Source: Candidatus Fraserbacteria bacterium (GTDB taxonomy: Bacteria; Bipolaricaulota; Bipolaricaulia; RBG-16-55-9). Taken from it: 64,000 bases of DNA. The position numbers and the translations under genes are program-made. Below the pieces are notes generated by a model. That model was not told the origin of the DNA, ran no database searches, and saw only the letters and a program-made list of their open reading frames with translations. The stretch's first letter is position 1. The number at the start of each line of letters is the position of its first letter. The stretch covers positions 14,062-78,061 of the forward strand of contig JBBIOR010000004.1 of the NCBI GenBank assembly GCA_037443265.1, in the 5' to 3' direction. Of the stretch, positions 47,832-57,642 are shown one piece after another.

Positions 47832-49805
47832 ATGCTAGACGGGCAGAGAGAATATAAGCGGGAGGAAGAGGGCCTGCCGATCTGGAGAAGGCGGGAAGCC
47901 ATCGCCACGGCCATCGCGGGCCTGCTCCTGCTGCTGGGTCTGGGCATCTCGTTCACCCACCGCGACCCAACGGTGGCATTCCTCCTCGGCCACCCCATTT
48001 CGGGCTCCACGCTCTTGTATTTGGCTTCCGTGTTGTTTGGGGCCTATCACTTCGCCCGCCGGGGCTTAGAGGGCTTACGCACGTTTTCCGTGGGCGTAAA
48101 CGCCCTCATGAGCCTGGCTGTGGTGGGTGCGGTCGCCATCGGAGAGTTTTTAGAAGCGGCCAGCTTGGCGTTTCTGTTCGCTCTGGCAGAGCTCTTGGAA
48201 GAATACTCCGTGGATCGCGCACGTCGCTCCCTTCAAGAGCTCATGAAACTGGCCCCAAATGAAGCCTGCGTCAAGCGCGACCTAGCTGAAGAGCTTGTGC
48301 CCGTCGAGCAGATCGAGATCGGAGAAATTATTATAGTCAAGCCAGGAGAACGCATCGCGCTCGATGGTGTTGTCGTTTCGGGTCGCTCGGCGGTCGATCA
48401 AGCTCCGATCACGGGCGAGTCGATCCCCCTGGAGAAGAAGCCGGGAGATCCCGTCTACGCTGGGACCATCAATCAAGAGGGTTATGTGGAGATTCGGGTG
48501 ACGAAGCGCCTGCAAGATACGACGCTTGCGCGGATCATTCATTTGGTGGAAGAGGCTGAGGCGCAGAAGGCTCCTTCGGAGCGCTTTGTGGATCGCTTTG
48601 CCCGATACTACACTCCCAGCGTGGTAGTAGTAGCCGTAGGCGTGGCCGCGATCCCGCCGCTCTTCTTGGGGGCGGCTTTTGGGGACTGGTTCGTGCGTGC
48701 TCTTTCGCTCTTGGTGATCGCCTGCCCTTGTGCTCTTTTGATCTCAACGCCCGTCTCGATCATCTCGGCCATCACCAGCGCCGCGCGCCATGGCGTGCTC
48801 GTCAAGGGAGGCGTCTATTTGGAAGAATTGGGCCAGATTCAAGCCATCGTGCTGGACAAGACGGGGACTCTTACCACAGGGCAACTCGAAGTCACGGATG
48901 TGATTGCCCTAGACGGCCGCTCGCCGGAGGAGGTCTTGAAGATTGCCGCGGCCTTGGAGCGCAAGAGCCAGCATCCGATCGCGCAAGCCATCGTGCGGCA
49001 CTTTGAACTCATGCACGAGGGGCGACTCCTGCCCGAAGCAAGAGGCTTCAAATCGCTGACGGGCCAAGGAGTCCAGGCACGGCTGGACGGGGACGCGCAG
49101 CCCTATCTCGTGGGCACGCTTCAGCTCTTTGCGCCCGATGGAGCTCCGATCTCGGTGCCTGCGGAATTTACGCGCTTAGAAGCTGAGGGCAAGACGGTCG
49201 TGCTCGTGGGCACGCCGGAGCGTCTGATCGGGCTGATCGCCTTAGCGGATCAGCTCCGTCCTGAGGCCCAGCGGACTGTGCATAAGCTCAAGCGCCTTGG
49301 GCTGGAAGTCGTGATGATCACCGGGGACAACCCGGGCACGGCTCAGGCCGTATCCGAGCAGCTGGGCATTGAGCACTATCACGCAGGAGTTCTGCCTGAG
49401 GGCAAAGTGGCAGAGATCGAAAAACTGCTTAAACAATATGGCAAAGTCGCGATGGTGGGCGATGGGGTGAACGATGCGCCGGCCCTGGCGGCGGCGACTG
49501 TGGGAATTGCCATGGGAGCGATCGGAACAGACGCGGCCCTGGAGACGGCCGATGTGGCCCTGATGGCGGATGATCTTAGCAAGCTGCCGTATCTCATTGA
49601 GCTTGCTCGCCAGGCGCGCCGGGTGATTCAGCAGAACATCGGGTTCTCGATTCTCACCAAACTCAGCCTGGGTCTGGGAGTCTTTCCCGGCTATGTGACG
49701 TTGGTGTTGGCCGTGCTGGTGGGCGACATGGGGGCCTCACTGGCGGTCACGGGCAATGCGATGCGCTTGGCGCGCGTACGTGCCAGGAGCCAGGAGGCAG
49801 GATGA
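47832..49805 (+). CDS. cadA: Zn/Cd/Pb-translocating P1B-2 ATPase lacking an N-terminal CxxC domain
   Basis: TGES, CPCAL.ISTP, DKTGT, SQHPI, GDGVND, TM Lys (LTKL) and TM Asp-x-Gly (GDMG). Confidence 0.88.
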   Translation: MLDGQREYKREEEGLPIWRRREAIATAIAGLLLLLGLGISFTHRDPTVAFLLGHPISGSTLLYLASVLFGAYHFARRGLEGLRTFSVGVNALMSLAVVGAVAIGEFLEAASLAFLFALAELLEEYSVDRARRSLQELMKLAPNEACVKRDLAEELVPVEQIEIGEIIIVKPGERIALDGVVVSGRSAVDQAPITGESIPLEKKPGDPVYAGTINQEGYVEIRVTKRLQDTTLARIIHLVEEAEAQKAPSERFVDRFARYYTPSVVVVAVGVAAIPPLFLGAAFGDWFVRALSLLVIACPCALLISTPVSIISAITSAARHGVLVKGGVYLEELGQIQAIVLDKTGTLTTGQLEVTDVIALDGRSPEEVLKIAAALERKSQHPIAQAIVRHFELMHEGRLLPEARGFKSLTGQGVQARLDGDAQPYLVGTLQLFAPDGAPISVPAEFTRLEAEGKTVVLVGTPERLIGLIALADQLRPEAQRTVHKLKRLGLEVVMITGDNPGTAQAVSEQLGIEHYHAGVLPEGKVAEIEKLLKQYGKVAMVGDGVNDAPALAAATVGIAMGAIGTDAALETADVALMADDLSKLPYLIELARQARRVIQQNIGFSILTKLSLGLGVFPGYVTLVLAVLVGDMGASLAVTGNAMRLARVRARSQEAG

Positions 49806-50344
49806 CCAGAAGAGCAGCCTTCACGATGCTCCTGAGTGCTGTGCTCACCGGTCTGTCAACAGTGCGAGTTGATGCGCACTTTTCGATTCCAGCGCGGGCT
49901 GATGGCCTGAATCTGACGCTGGAGGTAGTCGCCCTGGACATCCCTGAGGGTGAAGAAGGCGATGTGCGGCTGACAGTTGGCTCGCATCGCTTCAGGCTCT
50001 ACGTGTTGGATGAAGGATATCGCCCTGTGGACGGAGCAGACATCAAGTTGACCTTCCATCCGCCTTCAACAGAGCTAGGCGCACAACAGATACTCACACC
50101 GGAAGGTCAAGGGGCTTACCGTGCGGAAGGAGCGTTCCTCAGCCGGCCAGGAGCTTGGCGCGTGGCAGCTGTCATTCGGCTGCCGGGTCGGACAGAACCC
50201 ATTGTGGCTGATTTTGAGCTGGACGTTGCTCCTGCACCCTCAGCGGGTATACCCTTGAGTCTCTGGGCTGCCGTGGGCTTGTTGCTCGTGCTCGGCGGCA
50301 TCGGGGTGATCGCCTTGCGCGTACGCCGCAGGCGCCACGGATGA
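49802..50344 (+). CDS. Membrane-anchored YtkA/FixH-like Ig-fold protein
   Basis: Signal peptide ending VDA|H, D..G.PVDGA.I.L.F...G.Y.A....L..PG.W.V, C-terminal TM plus RRRR. Confidence 0.7.
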   Translation: MTRRAAFTMLLSAVLTGLSTVRVDAHFSIPARADGLNLTLEVVALDIPEGEEGDVRLTVGSHRFRLYVLDEGYRPVDGADIKLTFHPPSTELGAQQILTPEGQGAYRAEGAFLSRPGAWRVAAVIRLPGRTEPIVADFELDVAPAPSAGIPLSLWAAVGLLLVLGGIGVIALRVRRRRHG

Positions 50345-50547
50345 AGGGACCGAGCTCGAAGGGGCTGACTACCATCATGGCTAAGCCCTATGGTATCTTC
50401 TAGAATAGAGGCCGATGAACGTCCTCAAGTATGGAGCGCTCTTTAGGCAGTAAGGCATCACATATTTCTGGCTGGGCCCGATGTCCATGGAGACCATGGT
50501 GCAGGGCTTTCGCCAGACGACCCGCGCCTTGAAAGGAGAGCCCTGAA

Positions 50548-52182
50548 GTGCTGAAAGCCTTCACCAGTGACATCGGAACGTTCTTCTCTTCGAGGTGGGT
50601 CGTTGGCATGTTGCTGGCTCTCGGGCTGGTCGGGCTGATCGTCTCACTCTCTCAACCTCAGCTCTTCCCACCCACGCTCTTCTTCGCGGGCGTCTGGTAT
50701 ACGCGCTTGTTCTGGCTTCTGCTGGCTCTTAGCGTAGGAGTGCTTCTCGGACGCGGCGTGCGAGCGGCCTTCCGGCTCATGGCTCAGCAGGGAGTGAGTT
50801 GGGTCATCTATCGCTTCCTCACATCCATACGCCTGGCGATTGTGATGATCGCGCTCCTCGTGCTCATCGGGCTCATCAGCACGATCGTTCCACAGCTCAA
50901 CTTCAATCGGCGCATTGATCTCCTCAGCCGCTATGGAGGAGCCAACTTTGAGCTTTTGGAATCCCTTGGCTTCTTCACGATCTTCAGCAGCTGGTACACG
51001 TATGCGATTGTCGCGCTCTTTGTGCTCAATCTATCCGCCTGCACGATCAAGCGCCTGCGGGCTTCGCTTAAGTATGTGAGAATGCCGATGCGCCCCAAGT
51101 CCAAAGAAGCCTTCGCGTACATGCCATGCCAAAAGGAGCTGGCCTTCGTGCCTGAGAGGGCAGATGCCCTCAGGGAGCGCGTGCGCTGCCTGTTACAAGC
51201 CCGGAGATATCGCGTTCGTGAAGAGAACGGACAGCTTCTGGCCGAGAAGCACCGCTGGGAGCGCTTTTCGATCGACGTCTTTCATGTGAGCCTGCTGGTG
51301 GCCATCGGGGCTTTGATCCTCACCAACACGCTGGGGTATGACTTTGTGCAGATCAACTACAAGGGCGATGTCTTCTCCGTGCCGGGCCGGGATTTTCAAG
51401 TGCGGGTGGACGACTTCTGGAGCGAGAATTATCCGGACACCGATCGCGTGATGGACTGGAAGACCCGCCTTACTGTCATCGAGGATGGGCGCGCAGTTGT
51501 GACGGGCATCACCGAAGTCAACCATCCCTTCACGTATCAAGGGGTGAGCATCTATCAAGCGGCGATGGGAGAAGATTGGCTGGGCGGGGCGCGCGTGACG
51601 CTACGGGTCCAACAGGCCGATGGGACGGACTTGGGAGAATATCGAGCGAAAGTGAACGAGAGTTTCGAGATTCCTGAGCAGGGCATCTCCGTCAAGGTCG
51701 GGGCGTTCTTGCCGGATTTCGCGCTCTCCAATGGAATCGCCTATAGCAAGACCCAGAGGCTGCTCAACCCCGCGGTCTATCTCGAGGTGTATCCACAGGG
51801 CAAAAGCGCTCTGCTCTTCAGCACCTGGGCCTTCGCGCAGTTGCCCGAGATTCAACTGATGCTGAACAATCCGTATCGATTCTATCTGGAGGGCATGTCC
51901 GCTCCGCAGTTCACGGGGCTTGAGCTCAGCTGGGATCCGGGCCTGCCCGTGGCCTATGCGGCCTTCGTCCTGATGATCGCGATGCTCATCGCGCATCTTT
52001 ACTTCAAGCATCAGATGATCTGGGTCGAGATCGATGAAGAATCTGGGGTCTTGCGCTTGGGCGGGCGCAGCCGCAAGGGCGATTTCACGGCGGAATTTGA
52101 GGCCATCATCGAGAAGATTGGGGAGGCCGGCTTGGAGTGGCAACCCATCTTCGTAAGAGAAGAGGAGGAGCTCCACGTATGA
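50548..52182 (+). CDS. resB: Cytochrome c biogenesis protein ResB/CcsB (system II)
   Basis: FLTS..LAI..I......ST..PQ, LG...IFSSW, NL.ACT..R, conserved TM His (FHVS), VNHP..Y.G..IYQ, FTGL....DPG. Confidence 0.9.
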   Translation: MLKAFTSDIGTFFSSRWVVGMLLALGLVGLIVSLSQPQLFPPTLFFAGVWYTRLFWLLLALSVGVLLGRGVRAAFRLMAQQGVSWVIYRFLTSIRLAIVMIALLVLIGLISTIVPQLNFNRRIDLLSRYGGANFELLESLGFFTIFSSWYTYAIVALFVLNLSACTIKRLRASLKYVRMPMRPKSKEAFAYMPCQKELAFVPERADALRERVRCLLQARRYRVREENGQLLAEKHRWERFSIDVFHVSLLVAIGALILTNTLGYDFVQINYKGDVFSVPGRDFQVRVDDFWSENYPDTDRVMDWKTRLTVIEDGRAVVTGITEVNHPFTYQGVSIYQAAMGEDWLGGARVTLRVQQADGTDLGEYRAKVNESFEIPEQGISVKVGAFLPDFALSNGIAYSKTQRLLNPAVYLEVYPQGKSALLFSTWAFAQLPEIQLMLNNPYRFYLEGMSAPQFTGLELSWDPGLPVAYAAFVLMIAMLIAHLYFKHQMIWVEIDEESGVLRLGGRSRKGDFTAEFEAIIEKIGEAGLEWQPIFVREEEELHV

Positions 52183-53075
52183 TCGATAGCACGTTCTTCT
52201 TCTTTTTGAGCACACTCGGGTATTTTCTGGCGTTTCTGTTCTATCTGTTGGGAGCGGTGTTGGGGGGGTCTAGAGAAGGAACTAGCCCGCAGGCGTTAGG
52301 AATCACCGCGAGTCTCGCGCGCCCAAGCCAGATCAACTGGGGACTGCTGGCGCTGTGGATGACGCGTTTCAGCGTGCTTCTGGCCACCGTAGGGGTGGTG
52401 TGGCGCACAGTGGAGCTGGGAATCGCCTCCCACTGGGCGATCTCCGTCTTCTTGCCCGTGACGACCACCTATGAGACGCTCACCTTCATGGCCTGGATCA
52501 TCCCGCTTGCGTACCTCATTCTTGAACGTCGCTATCGCTTCTTGGGCGTCGGAGTGTTCATCACAGGGATGGCGTTTGTGATGCTGGCCCTGGCTGCCCT
52601 GCCGACGATCGCCCCTCGCCAGGTCGCTCCGGTTGTGCCCTCGCTGCAGAGCTATTGGCTGGTCATCCACGTGCTCTTCATGCTCATAGGCATCGCGCTC
52701 TTCACCACGGGGTTTGGGGCCAGCGTGCTGCTGCTCTGGAAGCGCTATCGAGGGACGGATCCCGCTCTGCTGCAAAGGCTCGAAGAGTTGAGTTACAAAG
52801 CGAATGCGTTGGGGTTCCCATTTTATGGGATCGGCGGGGTGATCTTCGGCGGCATCTGGGCCAAGCAGGCCTGGGGGGCCTACTGGGAGTGGGACCCCAA
52901 AGAGACTGCGATGCTCATCGCCTGGCTGGCGTATGCCGTGTACCTGCACGCGCGGCTCCGCTGGGGCTGGCGTGACCTAAAAGTCAGCTGGCTCTCTGTG
53001 GTCGCGTATCTCCTCGTGCTTTACACTTGGATCGGGATCAACTACTTTGTGCGCAGCTTGCATAGCTTCATCTGA
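52179..53075 (+). CDS. ccsA: Cytochrome c biogenesis protein CcsA/ResC
   Basis: LQSYWL.IHV, WWD domain GGIWAKQAWGAYWEWDPKET, YLH, C-terminal LHSF. Confidence 0.93.
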   Translation: MIDSTFFFFLSTLGYFLAFLFYLLGAVLGGSREGTSPQALGITASLARPSQINWGLLALWMTRFSVLLATVGVVWRTVELGIASHWAISVFLPVTTTYETLTFMAWIIPLAYLILERRYRFLGVGVFITGMAFVMLALAALPTIAPRQVAPVVPSLQSYWLVIHVLFMLIGIALFTTGFGASVLLLWKRYRGTDPALLQRLEELSYKANALGFPFYGIGGVIFGGIWAKQAWGAYWEWDPKETAMLIAWLAYAVYLHARLRWGWRDLKVSWLSVVAYLLVLYTWIGINYFVRSLHSFI

Positions 53076-53082
53076 CAGGATC

Positions 53083-53180
53083 AAAGGCAAGGGCGGCCCT
53101 TGCGAGCCGCCCTTTGGAGGTGAGAGGGTTAGCAACCTCTTGGCTCTATACCCCTGAGCCAAGCCCAAGGAGGTGATACC
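53083..53180 (-). ncRNA. Candidate sRNA with two anti-Shine-Dalgarno motifs
   Basis: Minus strand: TATAGT -10 box (53187-53192), AUCACCUCCUU, two hairpins, UCACCUCC, GC-rich terminator hairpin followed by GCCUUU. Confidence 0.45.
53089..53115. terminator. Terminator hairpin, probably bidirectional, between convergent ccsA and cca
   Basis: AAGGGCGGC (53089-53097) pairs with GCCGCCCTT (53106-53114). Confidence 0.65.
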
Positions 53181-53224
53181 AGTGTTACTATAGCCTTGGA
53201 GTGATGAGAAATCTGTGATGCGAC

Positions 53225-54697
53225 TCACACTGGCCTCTGTTTCTGTTCGGCCATTAACTTTCGAGCCTGAGCCAAGGCTTCGGTCCGACTGCGGATCTCC
53301 CCGGCGAAGATTTTTTCATAGAGCTCATCGAGGAGCCGGCCGAGCTCGGGCCCTCTCTTAACGCCCAGCCTCAAAAGATCATGCCCATCGATGAGCTTCC
53401 GCGCTTGAGTCAATTGCTCGAGTTCCTGCACATGGAGGAGCAGATCCTTCACGGCCTGCAACACCGGCAGCCAGCCTTGAGATCTCATGGCGCTCGCTTG
53501 ACAATCTGCGATCATAAGCTGGATGAGCTTGGAAAAATAGGGGAAGCGGCCGGGAAAATTCTCGATGCGCTGCGTAGGGTCTTCGCCGTGTTTGAGGAAT
53601 CTCACTTGCTTGCCCCTGGCCATCTGGGGGAAGTGGCCGATGCGCTGATGCTCTTTCACTAAATACTCGACGAGGCGAATCTCGGAGTTGCTCAAGCGCA
53701 GCCGGCGGCAGATCTCTTTGGCCATTTCGGCTCCGATTGCATCATGGCCTGCGGCGTTCTCCCCAAGATTGATCTTCAGGGCTTGAGGTTTCCCGATGTC
53801 ATGGAGCAGGATGGCCAGCTTGACCAGCGGATCTTTGATGAAGCGATCGGCCACCTCCAGGGCCAAGAGCGTGTGGGTGTACACGTCCCCTTCAGGGTGG
53901 TACCGCTCGGGCTGCGGGACGCCTTTGCAGGAGAGGAGCTCCGGGAGGATCAGATTAAGGAGGCCATGCTCGTCGAGCAGTTGGATGCCTCGTGCAGAGC
54001 AAGACGTACGCAAGAGCGCCACCAGCTCGTCGCGAATGCGTTCTGCTGAAATCCGCAACAAACCTTGATGATGAGTGCGAATGGCCGCGCTCGTCTCCGG
54101 GGCAAGTTTCGCCTCCAGATGGCAGGCGAAGCGGATGGCCCTGAGCAGTCTCAAATAGTCTTCCCGAAAGCGCTCGTTGGGATCGCCAATGGTGCGAATG
54201 ACCCTCCGGCGCAGATCGTCCACGCCTCCGATGAGGTCGATGACTTGCCCATCCGGACGGGCGGCCAACCCGTTGATCGTAAAATCCCTGCGGTGCACGT
54301 CTTGCTTGAGATCGCGAACGAGCTCCACGCGGGTGGGCCAGCGGCCGTCGTATTCGCCCTCCGTGCGAAACGTGGCGACCTCATAGGGCTTACCCTCTGG
54401 GCTGACAATCTTGAGCACGCCGAAAGCCTTTCCGACTTCGTGAATGCGATGGCCCTTGAAGATCTTTTGGACCTCCTCCGGCATGGCGGAGGTCGCGATG
54501 TCTACTTCCTTTGGCTCGAAGTCCTCCTCTTGTGCCCGTTCCAGCTGGGTGCGCAGGGCGTCGCGAACGATCCCGCCGATTAAGACCGCTTTATGGCCAG
54601 CTTGGGTGAGCCTTTCGAGGATTACTCTCGCAAAGGGATGACGAGTGAAGATCTTCTCAACGTCGATTCTAAGACCCTGGGATTTTGTGCGCCTCAT
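53225..54697 (-). CDS. cca: CCA tRNA nucleotidyltransferase (class II) with HD domain
   Basis: GG.VRD, EVDIAT, EVATFRTE, RRDFTIN, F.ED.LR.LRA.RF, SAERI, HPEGDV..HT, LLHDIGK. Confidence 0.93.
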   Translation of the reverse strand: MRRTKSQGLRIDVEKIFTRHPFARVILERLTQAGHKAVLIGGIVRDALRTQLERAQEEDFEPKEVDIATSAMPEEVQKIFKGHRIHEVGKAFGVLKIVSPEGKPYEVATFRTEGEYDGRWPTRVELVRDLKQDVHRRDFTINGLAARPDGQVIDLIGGVDDLRRRVIRTIGDPNERFREDYLRLLRAIRFACHLEAKLAPETSAAIRTHHQGLLRISAERIRDELVALLRTSCSARGIQLLDEHGLLNLILPELLSCKGVPQPERYHPEGDVYTHTLLALEVADRFIKDPLVKLAILLHDIGKPQALKINLGENAAGHDAIGAEMAKEICRRLRLSNSEIRLVEYLVKEHQRIGHFPQMARGKQVRFLKHGEDPTQRIENFPGRFPYFSKLIQLMIADCQASAMRSQGWLPVLQAVKDLLLHVQELEQLTQARKLIDGHDLLRLGVKRGPELGRLLDELYEKIFAGEIRSRTEALAQARKLMAEQKQRPV

Positions 54698-55500
54698 CGC
54701 AGATAGAGAGTGATCTCAGCTCTCACTTGAAGCTGAAGGGTTTTGTGCGCGCTCCCTTCTCTTAAGGCGATCTCCAAAAGATCGTGACTCCCTGGGACGA
54801 GACAGAGTTCGCCCGGATCGGCAAAGCCGTAGCTCTTCCTAAATCGAACGCGCGATTCGTGGCGCTCCGTCTTGAGCAGAAGCTCGTCATCGAAGACTAC
54901 GCGCTCCCTGATGAGCTTCGTCGGGATGTTCGTGATCGCGTTTCCGAAGCGATCCACATAGACCACTTGTCCATAGAACGCGCCTTGTTCTTCTAAAAAC
55001 CGGCCGCCCTGGAAATCCAAGTCGGGCTCGACCCACTGTGAGATGGGCTGGCCGATCTTAGCCGCCGGCACACCGTTACAGAGATGGGCGGCCACGGACG
55101 CGAAGATATCCCGTCCTTGGAAGGTCGACGAGACGGGATGCCGGAAGAAGCGAGGATTGACGATCTCATAGGCGTGCATCGTGGTCTTGATCGCTTTGAC
55201 AGCCGGGATCAATAGACCGTTATCTGGGCCGACGAAGATCCCTTGGCCGGAGGTGAAGATGAGCCCGCGGCGCGCGGTACCCACCCCCGGATCGACCACG
55301 GCGCAAAAGACGGTGCTGGCCGGGAAGTAGGGGGCCACACTCCAGAGAACAAACGCGCCTTCCAGCACATCACGAGGCCCGATGTCATGCGTGATATCGA
55401 TGATGCGTGCGGGGGTGATGCCGGCCGCCACAGCCCTCATGGCCGCGGGATAGGGGTTGCTCGAGCCAAAATCTGAAAGGAACGCGAGCACTCGCTTCAT
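54694..55500 (-). CDS. SAM hydroxide adenosyltransferase / chlorinase-fluorinase family (DUF62)
   Basis: FLSDFG, DITHDI, VVDPGVGT.R, GPDNG, SSTFQGRDIFA, VDRFGNAITN. Confidence 0.92.
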   Translation of the reverse strand: MKRVLAFLSDFGSSNPYPAAMRAVAAGITPARIIDITHDIGPRDVLEGAFVLWSVAPYFPASTVFCAVVDPGVGTARRGLIFTSGQGIFVGPDNGLLIPAVKAIKTTMHAYEIVNPRFFRHPVSSTFQGRDIFASVAAHLCNGVPAAKIGQPISQWVEPDLDFQGGRFLEEQGAFYGQVVYVDRFGNAITNIPTKLIRERVVFDDELLLKTERHESRVRFRKSYGFADPGELCLVPGSHDLLEIALREGSAHKTLQLQVRAEITLYLR

Positions 55501-55587
55501 GGCTTTTTGATCATAGCGGAAATTATCCCCCTAGACATCCCCAGGCAAAGCCCTTTATAATTTCTATCATTCAAGAGGTGGTCTCTT

Positions 55588-56145
55588 ATGCCCGATAAGA
55601 GCCTTCAAGAGCTGCGCCAGCACATGGAGAAATCCCTAAAGGTCTTCGAGGATGAGCTGAAGAAGCTGCGCACCGGGCGTGCCAGCCCGGCGATAGTCGA
55701 GGACGTGCACGTGGATTATTACGGCACGAAAGTCCCTCTCAAGCACATCGCCAACATCACCGCACCGGATGCGAGCTTGATTGTCATCCGCCCCTACGAC
55801 AAATCGCAAATCCCGACCATCGAGAAGGCCATCCTCGAGGCGAATCTGGGGTTCAACCCGGCTAAAGACAACGAGATGATCCGGATTGCCGTGCCCAAGC
55901 CCTCGGAAGAACGCCGAAGAGAATTGATCAAGATCATCCATCAGAAGGCCGAAGAGGCCCGGGTCTCCATCCGCAACATTCGGCGGCATCTAAAAGAACT
56001 CTTCGAGAAGCAGAAGGCCGATGGGCAGCTGAGCGAGGACGACTTCCATCGCGCCCTGAAAGAGATGGACAACATCACCCACGAGTTCACTGAAAAAATT
56101 GACCAGCTCATGAAGGAGAAGGAGAAGCAGGTTCTTGAAGTCTGA
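55588..56145 (+). CDS. frr: Ribosome recycling factor
   Basis: LRTGRASP, VDYYG, IEKAI..ANLG.NP, EERR.EL.K, ARVSIRNIRR. Confidence 0.97.
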   Translation: MPDKSLQELRQHMEKSLKVFEDELKKLRTGRASPAIVEDVHVDYYGTKVPLKHIANITAPDASLIVIRPYDKSQIPTIEKAILEANLGFNPAKDNEMIRIAVPKPSEERRRELIKIIHQKAEEARVSIRNIRRHLKELFEKQKADGQLSEDDFHRALKEMDNITHEFTEKIDQLMKEKEKQVLEV

Positions 56146-56148
56146 AAG

Positions 56149-56826
56149 CTAGATGTACTCAGGGTTGGCCGTCAGCCAATAGATCGTACGCGCGCAGATG
56201 TTGACGGCGTGATCTCCCACGCGCTCCAGATCGCGTATCGACCAGAGGACCGTGATCGTGTTGGCAGCAATCTCTTGAGCTTGTCCTGGGGTATGGGCTT
56301 GAGAGGCGTCGCGCATGATCCCCATAAGCGTTTCCGTGCGCAGATCCCAGCAGCGCTGATCCATCTCGCCGTCTCGCTCGATGATCTCTCGAGCTTTCTC
56401 CACATCCCGCGTGCGGAAGGCCTGCAAGCCGTCTTCCAGCATCCGACTGGCAAAGTGGCCCAGCGCCAGCAGCTCCTCTTTGGGAACGAGCACGAAGGCC
56501 TCAGACACGAGGGCATACTCTCCCAAATTGACCGCGAGATCCGCCACGCGCTCCAGATCCGTCACGATCTTGAAGGCGCTCAGGATCTGTCTGAGGTCCC
56601 CGGCCACCGGCTGCTGGAGCGCCAGAAGATCCGTGCACCTCTTCTCGAGATCAAGAGCCAGTCGGTCGATCGTGTTGTCCCAAGCATCGAGACTCTCGGC
56701 CAGGGCGCGATCGTGGTCGCGGATGGCTTGAAGGCCCCTATGCAAGCCCTCAAGCACGCGTCGGCCCATGTCCGAGACGGCTTCGAGCAAGCCATCCAGT
56801 TGCTGTTGGTAGCTTTCGCGCACCAT
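56149..56826 (-). CDS. phoU: Phosphate signalling protein PhoU
   Basis: LALQQPVAGDLR, DLERVADLA.N, DLERVGDHAVNI. Confidence 0.95.
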   Translation of the reverse strand: MVRESYQQQLDGLLEAVSDMGRRVLEGLHRGLQAIRDHDRALAESLDAWDNTIDRLALDLEKRCTDLLALQQPVAGDLRQILSAFKIVTDLERVADLAVNLGEYALVSEAFVLVPKEELLALGHFASRMLEDGLQAFRTRDVEKAREIIERDGEMDQRCWDLRTETLMGIMRDASQAHTPGQAQEIAANTITVLWSIRDLERVGDHAVNICARTIYWLTANPEYI

Positions 56827-56837
56827 GATTTTCTATT

Positions 56838-57617
<780 letters not shown>

Positions 57618-57642
57618 CCCCCTTGTGCGTGGTGAGATCATT

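Noticed and set aside
54694..55500. Possible fluorinase or chlorinase of a natural-product cluster
   Set aside because: Housekeeping context (coupled to cca) and no biosynthetic genes nearby. A DUF62 SAM hydrolase is more likely, although STFQGRD has Gln where I recall a conserved His.
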